Assembly: GCA_050273025.1 (NCBI GenBank)
Contig: CP158635.1
Location: forward strand, 13,950,001 to 14,014,000
DNA from: Cenococcum geophilum
Taxonomy: Eukaryota
DNA length: 64,000 nt
Reading direction: 5' to 3'
A model generated the notes under the pieces. That model was not told where the DNA came from. It saw only the letters and a program-made list of their open reading frames with translations, and searched no databases. The position numbers were made by a program, and so were the translations under genes. Positions 25,231 through 37,908 of this stretch are shown here, in pieces (position 1 is the first letter of the stretch; every line of letters starts with the position of its first letter).

Positions 25231-28200
25231 GATCCTATGCTATATATTCTGACAGAACGAACTAGAGCTCTTGCTGCACCCGGCCCAAAAAGACCAAAAC
25301 CAACCAAAAGAACCCTGAAAAACACCTAGAGAATCCCCCTGAGATGCATGCATCGCAGGGGAGGCACACGTCGAACGACGGTGGCTCGCACTCGCGCGCG
25401 ACCGCTAGAACTACGCCTAGCAATGGCCCTCCATAATAAAGATAGGCTAATACCACACCACAAAGCGGAAATACCTCTATTAAGAAGGCATCTAACAAAA
25501 TATAAAGCCTATTGGACGTGTCTAGTATCCAGAATTACGGGGGAGTAACCGTTAGCTATAACGAACTAATACAGCTAGTAGAATGGCTCCGCCAGTCTAG
25601 CGAACCTTAAGCGCCCTTCTAGCAAACCCTTAATTAAATCCTCTAACGGCTAAGCAAAATTAAAAATAAGTATAACCCCCCCTTACCAGCGAACCGCACC
25701 TAGGCCGCCGTAGCTGCGCTTTTATAGTATAGGGAACCTACCCCCCTTAAGTTAATAACCGGGTATATAATTATAATATAACTAAATATAGAATAAGCAG
25801 AGGGGCTTAGGGGATAATTAGAAACAGAAGTCCTTATAAAAATACGCAAAGAGGTCTATAACGCTGTTATAGTCCAACACCTTAAGAGCGGAGATATTAG
25901 AGTTACCCTAAAGGACTAATAGGCAAAGGAATAAGCCGTAAGGGCAGGGGATAGGCTAGGAAAATGTATTGGCATAAAAGTACTCTATAAAAATTACTTA
26001 GTTAAAGTCCTAGCGGTTTCTATAAGCCTTAGGGTAAAAAAGGGACGCTAGGTAGATAATATAGCAATTATATAGGAAATAGTAAGATAAACGGAACGCC
26101 TTATACCAGGACTTAAAATTACCCAAATCTAATAGCTTTAACAGGAAAATGCAAACTAAGTATATAATAAGAATAATAAGAGAACATAAGGGTCGCCGGA
26201 GACTTACTAGGGAGACGCTAGACAAATGTATAGCTCCCTTATTATTAGCACACATACACTAGAAATATAAAAACTTTTTATCTAAAAAGGAATAATTATA
26301 AATGGCCTTATATATAATATAAGGCTCTATAACTATAGACTACGCCTAGAATAATGCTATTGCTATATATAATAGGGACACACCTAATCTATATGCGCAG
26401 CATAGGTGTGCTACGGCTACTGTATAGGCCCCTATAATACAAGACATTACTTAAATTAAGACTAAATAAAATGCGCGAACTGCTATTAAAGCATATATAA
26501 GGCGTGGGAGAGAGAAGACTATATTAAATACAGGAGACGGAAGGTAAGGGCTTAATAGCTATAGGAATAACTGCACGCTAGGTTATATAAATGGAAATAA
26601 TAGGCGATAAGCTAGAGGGACGCAGGTGCTTTTCTAGCGTTTCCTACCTTTAACACTAGAGGGCTAGGCCAGCTATCCTAAGCCTTAATAGGCTAGAAGC
26701 GACGCCGCGCGATATTACTAGACTAATTAGGGATATAAGAGTTACAGGGGATATAAGGAAGAGGACGCCCCGTAGGAAGACCCCTATAGACAGTAATAAT
26801 AGGCTTAAGACTAGGACAATTAAGAATTAGACTTAATGCGGTAAATATAATATTCGTAGCCGACCTATAAAGGGTATATAGCCGACCAGTAAGAACAGGG
26901 GAAGAACCGGTAATAATAATAGATTTAAATATAGAAGCGCTAATAGGAATATAAGGTATAGGAATAAAAAGCTCTATATAAAATAAGTAGTAACTAGGGT
27001 ATAGATATAAGAGATAAAAGCTCTAAATATCCTAAAGAAAGTAGAAATAAAAGAAGTAAGGAATAAAGGAGAGTTAAAGAACCCTTACTGGGGGTCCGCC
27101 ACCTATCCATTATATAGTATAACTATAATAACACAAACTACCGCCTTATAAGGCCCCTACTAGATAGTTTAGACCTAGAGAAATACTATATCCTTGCTAT
27201 ATAAGAGCCGTATTATAATACCTTTATATAATTAATATACTGCCCCTAAGGATTCCAGCTCTTATATAAACTAAAAGCAGCCATATATATATGCTTTATA
27301 ATTAACAAGGCTATTAGCCTGTCCTTATAGTTATAGTAGGTAGTTAACCTAGATATTATAGTTATAACAATCTAAATATATAGGGGACCGGTATAAATTA
27401 TTAATGTATATAACCCTAGGGTTAAAGGGGTCCCATAAATAGAGAATATTATATCGGTAATAAGCTTACTAGAAACCGAAGGTATAAAGTTTATCCTATT
27501 AGGAGATATAAACCTCCACCACCCGTGGTAAGGGGGTATTTATATTGCTATAGACTAATAGTTAGAGTACCTACTAAGAGCTATAGATATTTGGGGCCTT
27601 AAGCTAGCTACCCCCCTAGGAGCAATTATATGGCAATAAGGCACCGCTAAAAGTATAATTAACCTTATATTTATGGACAAAGGCCTATACTAGAGACTTA
27701 AAAGGTATAACCCTAAAGAAGAATAGGCACTTACCCTAGACTATATCCCTATCTAAATATAGCTAGACCTAGATATTAAAGCGTAACTAAATAGAAAAAG
27801 ATATGCAATAAGGAAGCTTAAGATAGACAGTTTCCTTAATATAGTTAAATAATAACTCTAAGATTTAGAAGAAATCTACCTAATACCAAATAAGCGAGGC
27901 CTATTAACTACCCCTAAGGAAATTAACTAAAGACTAGAAAGGATTTAGGCAGTAATTAAAAATAGGCTAGAAAAGTACTGCCTAATCTTAAAACCGGGCC
28001 CCTATACGCGATATGTATAGTCTATATAATGCGTAGTTCTAGTTACCAGCCAATAATAAGTAAGAAGGAAATATATAAGTAGCTATAACCCTAAAGACGA
28101 GAGATAATATAAAGATATAAGAAACTAGCTAAAGAATACCCTAAAAAAAGAAGTAAGGAATAACTGGAGACGGTTTATAAATGAGTATACTTTTAACCTA

Positions 28201-30806
28201 AGCCTCCCCTATAATAAGGGCCTTTGGGATATAGTAAAATAGATAAAGAAAAAGGTAGGGCGCTTAGTAGAAGACTTATACCTACCACCCCTATAAAGAG
28301 TAGGAGAATTATAGGCTATAAATAATAATAATAAGAAGGTAAAAATCCTTATAGAAAGGTTCTTCCCCTAACTGGCTCTAGTAGACCTTAGTAATATTAC
28401 GGGCGAAATACCGGTAACTCGCCTATAGGTTAATAGTAATATAACAATAGAGGAAATAGCTAGAACTATTAGCCGCCTTTTAAATAATATAGTACTAGGA
28501 CTAGATGGGATTCTAAATAAGGCCCTAAAAACCTATAGGCTATTTATAGCACCTTGGCTTATAGATATAGCTAGAGCATACTTTGCTATAGGCTACTACC
28601 CGCAACTTAGAAGATCTATAACGACAGTTATCCTATAAAAAGAAGGTAAAGTAGATTACTTAATCTTAGGAAGCTACCGCCCTATTACCTTAGAAAACAC
28701 CCTTAGTAAGATCTTAGAAAGGGTAATAGCGGAACGCATAGTAGATACGGTAGAGAAATACGCCCTACTACTATAAAGCTAAATAGGGGCAAGAAAGAAC
28801 CGCTTAACACTATTAGTACTTATGCTACTTGCTACTACTATTAAATCTGTATAGGCGATGCGAAAGGACTTTATAGTATTAATGCTTAGCCTAGACATTA
28901 GTAGTGCCTATAATAATATACTCTATAAGCGTCTCCTGTATATCCTTAAGGTAAAGGGCTTTCTAGAATAGATTATATAATTTGTCTAAGGGTTTATAGG
29001 CTAAAAAGAAATATTACTGGTCTTTAGCGGATACCAGAGCCCCCCTATTACAGTTGCAATAGGAATACCATAAGGATTACCCCTCTCGCCTATACTCTTT
29101 CTTTTCTTTATAAGCAACCTGCTTAACTCCTTTAAGAAAGGGGTAACCTAGGGGATAGGCTTTGTTAATGATATAAACCTAATTATATACGGGCTAACAG
29201 CCGCAGAGAACTATAAAACACTAGAGAAAGCCTATAATACTTATATAGAGTAGGTAAAACGTTATAGAGTCTAATTCTTACCAGAGAAATACTAGCTAAT
29301 CTATTTTATAAGAAAACGCAACTAATCTACAGATCTCTAGCATATAATTTATATTTAAGGCTTTAGGGGTTAACCAGTTTAGGGCCTAAGGGTATTAGGA
29401 GTATAGGTAGATAGTAAGCTCTAGTGAAGCGTATATGCGGTATAAGCGGCCCGTAAAGGCCAAGTATAGTTTATCGCTTTATCCAGAATTATTAATTCCA
29501 TATAGGGTCTATACTTCTAAAGGTTACGCCTACTATATACAGCAGTTGTCCGGCTAACTATAACATATAGATCCAGTATCTAGGCCATTAGAGAAACTGA
29601 GAAGGGCCCCCTAAAATCACTCCTTAAACCACTTTAAAAGGTCTAAATAGCCTACCTTTAGAGTATCACAGGCGGGTACAAGCGAACGGCCACAGCACTG
29701 CTTAAGAAGGAATCCAATATTCCCCCCCTATAGTTATATATTAAAGCCGCTATAATATAAAGAACATAAAATAAACGCAACTTTAATATTATAAAGTATA
29801 TTAAGACACGCCTAAGTAAACTATAGAGAGACCCTAGGGTGCCCTATAGGAGAACAAACCAATAACCCTAAAGTAGGGAAGAGATATTAGAGAAATAGGT
29901 AAAAAAAAGTAGAAGAAAAATAGTACCGCTTTAGGGCCTAGGCCCATATAAAGGAGGAAGGGAGACGCGTAAGAGGTTAGTAAAGATAATAGTAAAATAG
30001 AGAAAGGAGCTAAAGTAGAACATACAAGAACGCTAGGAAATTATCTACCGTAATGTAATACTAGTTAGACTAACGCTAAAGAGGTAAATAGGAGTCAAAG
30101 ATACAGAGGCTAACTTAGGCAAGACAAACCTAAGCTATAGCATAGTTAACGCCATAGGGGGTAAATACCTAAGGGCTCCAAGAAGGCCTAACAAAGGTAG
30201 AAAATATAATAGTAACACTCTTAAGAACAGGAATAATAGGACTAAAAGATTGGCTTTACTAGGTAGGTATCCTAGTAGGTAGCCTAAAATGCGAATATAG
30301 CTGGCTAAAACAGACACCAAAACACGTAATACTACTATGCCCCCTACACACTAATTAAGAAATAATACTCTTAGTAGCTGGCACAGAGAACTATAATACA
30401 CTACTCTTAATATAAAAAGGCCTCAAGGCGGTCACCCAGTGGCTTATTAGTTAAAATATACTAAATTAGTTCTAGGTTGCAAGGGAAATAGTAATAAAAG
30501 GCAAGGGGGCGAGCAGTAGGTGCCCCCTAGTAACTCTATAGTAGTAGAGTAAAAGTTTATAATACTAGCGCGTCCGTAGGCTTATTACGGCAGCAGTAGT
30601 TCCCAAGGAGGTTAAATAGTAAGGTAGTAGAGCACCATAGGCGACTCACAGGCGCTAAGCAGGCGAGTCCTAAAAGGCGGGGAGATAGATTACGGGGTTT
30701 TCTTATTTTTCTTAAATAGAGTTTTCTCCCCACATGTAAATAAGGAGTAGTCCGTGTGGGCCTAGTAGGGATCCAAATCGGACGTTAAGCAATGAATTAT
30801 TATTAT
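25231..30806 (+). mobile_element. Full-length LINE L-A (~5.6 kb; ORF1 ~25340-27080, ORF2 ~27100-30500), RIP-inactivated
   Basis: 16-bp TSD TATAATTTTATTTCCT (25215-25230 / 30807-30822). Endonuclease LLGD.NLHHPW, RT motifs and a (TTA)n tail are present. Confidence 0.92.
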
Positions 30807-31874
30807 TATAATTTTATTTCCTTTATTTACCAATTTAATATTTCCGATTCCAATATAATCAATTAATGCATTAGTTCCCCAACCAATTTTCCTATAGGAA
30901 TCTTTAAAGCTTATAAAGTATACCTTTTTAGTTATTAGATGCTTAGTAGCTCCTAAGTCTAATATAAAATTAGCTCCTTTTTAATTTAGTTAGGGGTTTT
31001 TATTGGTAATAAGTACCTAATCGGTATCTATTAGATTAAAATTGATTTCAAAATCGTCTTCTTCTATATTACTAGGATAGTTATTACTAGTATTTATAGA
31101 CATAAGAGCTTCTTAAGGTTTTAGCTTATATTGGTGCTTAGTTTTAAAGCCTTTTAGGGCCTTTTTAGGAAATAGATAAAAACAGTCCTTTATAGAATAC
31201 GTAGTTATTCTACACTTCTTACAGTACTTGTTTTTATATATTTAATTTGTCCGATTAATCCCAGGTCGTTAAGACCCTATAACCAAGGCTATTTTCTAAT
31301 CTTTAGATACCTATCTTCTAGATTCATCCAGTAAGTTAGAAAACAGGTTTTCTAAGTTAATAGTACTAGAATTGGTTCTGTAAGATTAGGTAACCATTAT
31401 AATAAATCCCTCATAAGGACTAGTTAGGTTATTTAAAACCCAAGCAATAATTACCTAATTTGGCAATTCTATGCCTTTAGCTTTCAATTGGTCGGTAAGT
31501 TGCTTTACTTTATTTAAATACTCCTCTATAGAAGAGTATTTAGATAAGGTAGTCTCAAAAAGCTCTTTATAAATTAAGAATTCCGAGCTAAACCCTTTTA
31601 GGCTATAGAGATTTTTTAATAGTTTCCATACTTCCAGAGCTGTTTTGGAATACCGTATTTGCAAGAGAGGTCCATCCTTAATTATCAGCCTTATATTAGC
31701 TAAGGCTTTTTAGTCAATTTCCCTTTTTAGGGTAACTCCTTCTATAGCATTATTAAGCGAACCTTTTATAAGAAGTGATTGGACCCAAAGGCTCCAGACT
31801 TCATAGTTAGATTGCCCAATAAGCCTTTCCATTAAGACCTTATCTAACATTTTATCTACAAATAGATAAATAGA

Positions 31875-32095
31875 ATTTAAACAATAGGATTAAACAGATA
31901 AAATTAAATAATAGGATTTAGATAAGTAGAATCAAATAATAGGATTTAGATAAGTAGAATCAAATAATAGGATTTAGATAAGTAGAATCAAATAATAGAA
32001 TTTAGATAAGTAGAATCAAATAATAGGATTTAGATAAGTAGAATCAAATAATAGAATTTAGATAAGTAGAATCAAATAATAGGATTTAGATAAGT
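31875..32095. repeat. 28-bp tandem repeat in the Copia C-A 5' UTR, ~7-8 units
   Basis: AAATAATAGGATTTAGATAAGTAGAATC is repeated directly. Confidence 0.9.
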
Positions 32096-32367
32096 AAATA
32101 AAATTAAATAAATAGATAGATTAAATAATATATACTTCAGATTTGATTAAGATTTAATTAAGATTCAAATAGGATTCAAACAAGATTTAACTTAAAGTAA
32201 AATTTAAGTGAAAGTAAAATAGAGATGAAATTGACTTAAGATCTAGTTCAGATTTAATCAAAAAATTAGTCAACAATTAATTAATATTTGATTAAGGTCA
32301 GATTTTGTCGTTTTAGTTAAAAATTAATTGAGATTTAGTTAAGGTTAGAGCAGCCAGGCTTATAACC

Positions 32368-32805
32368 TGTTAATTTGCGTAAGCGGAGGTCGGAGGACGA
32401 CAGGGTGAACGATGTAGTAAAGTAAGTAAAGTAGATGAACTTGATGCAATTGATGATGTCTATCTGCGGAGGATCGAGTCTCTATATACCTGGAAGACCC
32501 TAGTTCCGGAACGTCTACATTCCGTCTCGTATTCTAATACGTTACCTAATACACTAGGTAATACGTTACCTAACACACTATGTAATATATTACCTAATAC
32601 ACAAGGTGATACGTTACCTAATACACTAGTTAATATACTAGCTAATACCATCTAATATACTAGTTAATACACTAGCTGATACCATCTAATACACTAGTTA
32701 ATACACTAGCTAATACCATCTAATACACCGCGTAAAGCCGTAGGGTTCTTCCAGGGTGTTCTTATATAACGCTTATATAAGCAACATTAGAGATCATCAT
32801 TGACA
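32368..32805 (-). repeat. Copia C-A 5' LTR (438 bp)
   Basis: TGTTAA...TTGACA termini with adjacent PBS at 32357-32367. Confidence 0.9.
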
Positions 32806-33186
32806 CTAATAAGTCTTAAAAAACCCTCCTATAGAAATAAGTGATAAAGAGTCTATATTTACTTTTTCTCCCCCCTCTCTTACTCCTGGCCTGTTTAAAA
32901 CAGGAGAAAAAAAGATATCCTCAGTCTTCTCCTGAAAAAGAAAACCAAAAACCTGCAAAAAAGACAATAAAACCAACTACTATCGCGGATAATATACCTA
33001 CTAGTACACCAAGTGTACCTCTCCCTCTCCCTTCTCTAAAACAACACCTATAAAAGGCTTTAGATAGCCTAGTCTAGGCCCATAAAGGGCTAAAAGAAGA
33101 AGAAGAAGAAGAAGAAGAATACGTTAAGCGGATAGGGAACTATATACGGAGAATCCTAGTAGGAAAAAATCCCTTTATAAAAGAAG
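32806..33186 (+). mobile_element. L-C ORF1 fragment
   Basis: Aligns to about 6625-6995. Confidence 0.8.
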
Positions 33187-33614
33187 TGTTAATGATAATC
33201 TCTAATGTTGCTTATGTAAGCATTACATAAGAACACCCTGGAAGAACCCTACGGCTTTACGCGGTGTATTAAATGGTATTAGTTAGTGTATTAACTAGTA
33301 TATTAGCTAGTATATTAACTAGTATATTAGATAGTATTAGCCAGTATATTAGCTAGTATATTAGGTAACGTATCACCTCGTGTATTAGGTAATGTATTAC
33401 CTAGTATGTTAGGTAACGTATTACCTAGTGTATTAGATAACGTATTAGAATATAAGACGGAACGTAGACGTTCTGGAACTAGGGTCTTCTAGATATATAG
33501 AGACTTAATCCTCCGCAGATAGACATTATCAATTGCATCAAGTTCATCCACTTCACTTACTTCACTACATCGTTCACCCTGTCGTCCTCCGACCTCCGCT
33601 TACCTAAATTAACA
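33187..33614 (+). repeat. Copia C-A LTR (428 bp), non-matching flanks
   Basis: TGTTAATGAT...AATTAACA; the left flank is AGAAG and the right flank is CATTA. Confidence 0.88.
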
Positions 33615-33710
33615 CATTATATCAATGATGATCTCTAATATTGCTTATATAAGCATTATATAAGAACACCCTGGAAGAACCCTACGGCTTTACGCGGTGT
33701 ATTAGATGGT

Positions 33711-35824
33711 TTTTTTTTTTTTTTTTTATATCCGTTGTATTATACTACGTACAATACTGCGCATGCAGCCTCTGGGCTATGGCGCTATAGTTCTATATAT
33801 ATGAATCCTTTCTAGGCAGCTTAACATGTACTAGTAGCTATGTCCTAATAGTTTATAAACCCCTAAGGGTTTATAGCTCCTTAGTAAGATACTAAGTTGC
33901 TACAACTACTAGGGAATAAGAAAACTGTAGGAAAAAACTATAGGAAATCCTAACGCCTGTCCCTGTCCTTTTGTAATTTATTTCTTTTCTTTTGCTCTCT
34001 ATTATCTTTTCCAAGAGCCTAGTAGGGGTTACCCCCTTCTAGAATCCTATCTGTTTTATTCATGTACTAGTTTAGCTGCTCTAAGATTCTCGCAGTCTTT
34101 ACTATTAGCAAAGTGTTCTTTCTTACAATTAATGTAAAGAGGGGTAGTGTGCTTGCAAGGCCTGCCTGATATTAAACAGGTAGGACAGCAGTGGTCTTTA
34201 GATAAATGTGCAGCCGCACAGAATCTACAGGCTCTAGTAGAGCATCTGTCTCCTATATGGCCAAATTTTTGGCAGCTAGTGCACTGCGTAGTAGGAGAGA
34301 CTTCAAGGTATTTTACTACCTTAGTAGCTGTACCTGCAATTGAGATCTCTTTTTACTTAAGGATTTCTTGTCTTTTTTCCTCATTCTTTATAGTAAAAAC
34401 TATAGAGCCAAATCTAGTCTGCGGATCATGTCTTTTTACACTAGATAAGATCCATCTAGGTAGCCCTTATATCTTTATAGGATTAAAGATCTTAATTTCT
34501 TCTTTTAGAAGCTTAGAGCCTCCCTCTTCTAGAAAAGGTAGGGTAGGAACCCTATAGGCTATAATTTGAACCTAGGGCTCCAGTTTTTGTTCTCTTTAAA
34601 AGGTAAAGCAGTTACGCCAGATATCCTTATATTTAACTAGGAAATCCGTATTATACTCTTCTGTAGTTATAAGGAGAATATTTTATTTTCCTTTGGTTCT
34701 AGCTATAGACGCTAGTACTAGCTTTTCTACTTATAGTTTTGATGCAAATAGTTGATTGACTTTGTTTCGTATAGAGAAGGTATTTAGCGGTTAGTCCTTT
34801 TTGTCTATAATTAGGACTAGCTTTCTTTCTTATAGCTGCTTTTTCTTACTTCTAGTAGAAGTAGAACTCCTACTAGAAGGAGAAGGGGTAGAAGGTGGTG
34901 GTGGTGATAATAATAAGGAGGGTAGGGAGGACGAAAAAGGGAGGTCCTTCTTTAGCCTCTCTGCGTAAGTTTTCTTAGTAGGAGCTACCTCCTTACAGAG
35001 AGCTCTTACTTCTTCTACTAGTCCCCTTAGGACATCTTTTGCCTTTTCTTTTCCTTGTATAAAGGGGGTTTCTCCTACTAAAATACTCCATATATAGTTC
35101 TCTAGCTGTTTAACTTATTCTTTTTCTTCTTTTTCTTCTTCTTCTAGCCCTTTATAGGCCTGAGTTAGGCTTTCTAGAGCTTTTTATAGGTGTTGTTTTA
35201 GAGAAAGGGGAGGGAAAGGTATGCTAGGTATACTATCCGTAGTAATCATTGGTTTTATTATCTTTTTTGCAGGTTTTTAGTTTTGGTTTTCATTTTCAGG
35301 AGAAGACTAAGGATGTCCTCTTTTTTCTCCTGCCTTAAATAGGCCAGAAGAAGAAGAAGAGGGGAAAGAAAAAGTGAATATATTAGACTGATGATTACTT
35401 ATTTCTAAAGGAGGCTTTTTTTTTTGCCTATTTAACTTTGGCATTTTATAGGGGGGTTTCCTAGTTTATACTATCCTTATACCCTTTCTCCTTACTAATC
35501 TTACTAGAAGATTTCTGGGGAAAATTAGGCTAAAAGGTAGTAGAAAAGCTAGCCCCTATTTTATAGTTTTGGTATTAGTGGTAGTAGTAATAGTTTTAGT
35601 GTTCCTGTCTGTGCCTCGCTTACAAGCTAGGGCCACCCTTAGGAAAATTTTCTATTAAGGGAAAGGGGGTAAGACGACGACTAAATCCACCTCTAGCTCG
35701 CTAGGCGGTAGGAATTAGGTCTTAAAAGTTGGAAAATTAATTGTTCTTGATGGTAAGATAGGTATGCGTAAGTTTTGGAGTGTGGCGCTACCTTTTAGTA
35801 AGGTTGCATGTGCGGTAAAGGGTT
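33711..35824 (-). mobile_element. Complete ORF1-only half-LINE (L-C variant A) with TSD
   Basis: 13-bp TSD TGTATTAGATGGT (33698-33710 / 35825-35837), poly(T) at the left end, near-identical to 6221-8366. Confidence 0.92.
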
Positions 35825-35940
35825 TGTATTAGATGGTATTAGCTAGTGTATTAACTAGTATATCAACTAGTATATTAACTAGTGTATTAGATGGTATTAG
35901 CCAGTGTATTAGCTAGTATATTAGGTAACGTATTACCTAG

Positions 35941-36136
35941 TGACAATAGTTCTAGAAGAGTCCTCTACATTCGTTGCCTGCTTACATAAGCAGATTCCCT
36001 TTGGTTCCTTTTTGGACGACGTCCGTAAGCAACCACTTATGACTTTGTAGGTATAGGCCTATATAAAGGCCTATATTCGTCGTAGATAGATTTGATAGAT
36101 TTATATTCATTCTTTATCCTTAGATCTAGTTTATTA
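35941..36136. repeat. 196-bp solo LTR of an otherwise unrepresented LTR family
   Basis: Starts TGACAA and ends TTATTA (RIP of TTGTCA); 5-bp TSD CCTAG (35936-35940 / 36137-36141); contains TATATAAAG. Confidence 0.65.
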
Positions 36137-36420
36137 CCTAGTATATCAGGTAACGTATCACCTAGTGTATTAGGTAATGTATTACCTAGTATATTAGGTA
36201 ACGTATTACCTAGTGTATTAGGTAACGTATTAGAATATAAGACGGAACGTAGACGTTCCGGAACTAGGGTCTTCTAGGTATATAGAGACTCGATCCCCCG
36301 TAGATAGATATTATCAATTGCATCAAGTTCATCCACTTTACTTACTTCACTACATCGTTTACCCTGTTGTCCCCCGACCTTCGCTTACGCAAATTAACAC
36401 ATTAGAGCTTATCATTAACA

Positions 36421-36682
36421 AGAAAAACCTAGGAAAAGTCTATATTTGGTAGTTTTAGTATTCCTATCCGTGCCTCGCTTATAAGCTAGGGCCCCTTTTA
36501 CCAAGTCTTTTATTGTAGGCAAAAGGGGGTAATTAGGAGAATAAATCTACCTCTAGCTTGCTAAGTAGGCGGAGTTGGGTCTTAGGAGTAGAAAAAACGA
36601 TAGTTTTTAATAGTAAGATGGGTATACGTAAGTTTGGAAGTACGGCGCCACCTTTTAGTAAGGTCGTATGTGCGGTAAAGGT
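36421..36682 (-). mobile_element. 5' end of an L-C element, abutting the 3' part of a Copia C-A LTR (36683-36782)
   Basis: The reverse complement aligns to about 6222-6480. 36683-36782 matches the LTR end ...AAATTAACA. Confidence 0.8.
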
Positions 36683-36805
36683 GCAGATAGACATTATTAA
36701 TTGCATTAAGTTTATCCACTTCACTTACTTTACTACATCGTTTACCCTGTCGTCCTCCGACCTCCGCTTACCTAAATTAACATTAAGACGCTAAATGCTC
36801 GTTTA

Positions 36806-37454
36806 TTTTTTCATTTTTTCATATTTTTTTTATATCTGTTGTATTATACTATATACAATACTGCGCATGCAGCCTCTAGGCTATAGCGCTATAGTTCTAT
36901 ATACATAAATCCTTTCTAGGCAGCTTAATATATACTAGTAGCTATGTTCTAGTAGTTTATAAATCCCTAGGCTAGGGATTTACAGCTTCCTAGTAAGATA
37001 CTAGGTTGCTAACAACTATTAGGTAGTAAGAAAATGATAGGAAAATAGTAGAAAAAATTGGAATAAAATTATAAAAAATCCTAACGCCTGTCCCTGTCCT
37101 TTTTATAGTTCATTTCTATTCTTTTGCTTTCTATGGTCTATCTACTAGGACTTTTAATAGGAGTTGCCTCCTTCTAGAGATCCTTCTGCTCTTAGCCACT
37201 TCCCAATAGCTATTTTTGTCCTACTTAAGAATAGAAAAAGCGCCCTTCTTCCTTTCTTTGTACAAAAAAGCTTCTCTAAGGAGAGAGAAGAGCCTATTTG
37301 TCTTTGCATTTCCTTTCTGTCTTCCCAATGTAGTCTGCATTCTAGTAAGAGGTGCGTAGGGGTTTGTACCGCGGTATAGTCCTTAAAGCATCTACCTTCT
37401 TTATTCTTCCCTATTGTTTTAGAGAAGGATTTAAAAAAGCCTTTTCCTAGTTTT
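36806..37454 (-). mobile_element. 5'-truncated autonomous-type L-C (ORF2 C-terminus + tail)
   Basis: 11-bp TSD ATGCTCGTTTA (36795-36805 / 37455-37465); homologous to 24313-24920. Confidence 0.88.
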
Positions 37455-37507
37455 ATGCTCGTTTAATTACATTCCTTAAGAAAGCGTAGCGTAAGTTAAA
37501 CAGTTCT

Positions 37508-37908
37508 TGTCAATGATGATCTTTAATATACTTATATAAGCGTTACATAAGAACACCCTAGAAGAACCCTACGGCTTTACGCGGTGTATTAGATAGTATC
37601 AGCTAGTGTATTAACTAATATATTAGATAGTATCAGCCAGTGTATCAGCCAGTGTATTAGGTAACGTATTACCTCGTGTATTAGGTAACGTATTACCTAG
37701 TATATCAGGTAACGTATTACCTAGTGTATTAGGTAACGTATTAGAATATAAGACGGAACGTAGACGTTCTGGAACTAGGGTCTTCTAGGTATATAGACTC
37801 GATCCCCCGCAGATAGACATTATCAATTGCATCAAGTTCATCCACTTCACTTACTTCACTACATCGTTCACCCTGTCGTCCTCCGACCTCCGCTTACGCA
37901 AATTAACA
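37508..37908 (+). repeat. Copia C-A solo LTR (401 bp)
   Basis: TGTCAA...TTAACA termini; TSD GTTCT (37503-37507 / 37909-37913). Confidence 0.93.

Larger units (their letters stand above)
22095..32805 (-). mobile_element. Copia C-A copy 2 (3' end truncated; interrupted by L-C fragment and full-length L-A)
   Basis: ORF-track remnants include KALYSLKQLLRIWY..ICHVDDLL (RT), KTPYEALYNIKPDITNIKVFG..KLEPRAKK (integrase C-terminus) and gag ..EVWKLLKNLYS. The PBS and 5' LTR are at 32368-32805. Confidence 0.9.
33620..36399 (+). repeat. Copia C-A solo LTR (TSD CATTA) carrying a half-LINE and a foreign solo LTR
   Basis: CATTA at 33615-33619 and 36400-36404. The LTR pieces are at 33620-33710, 35825-35940 and 36137-36399. 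Confidence 0.85.
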
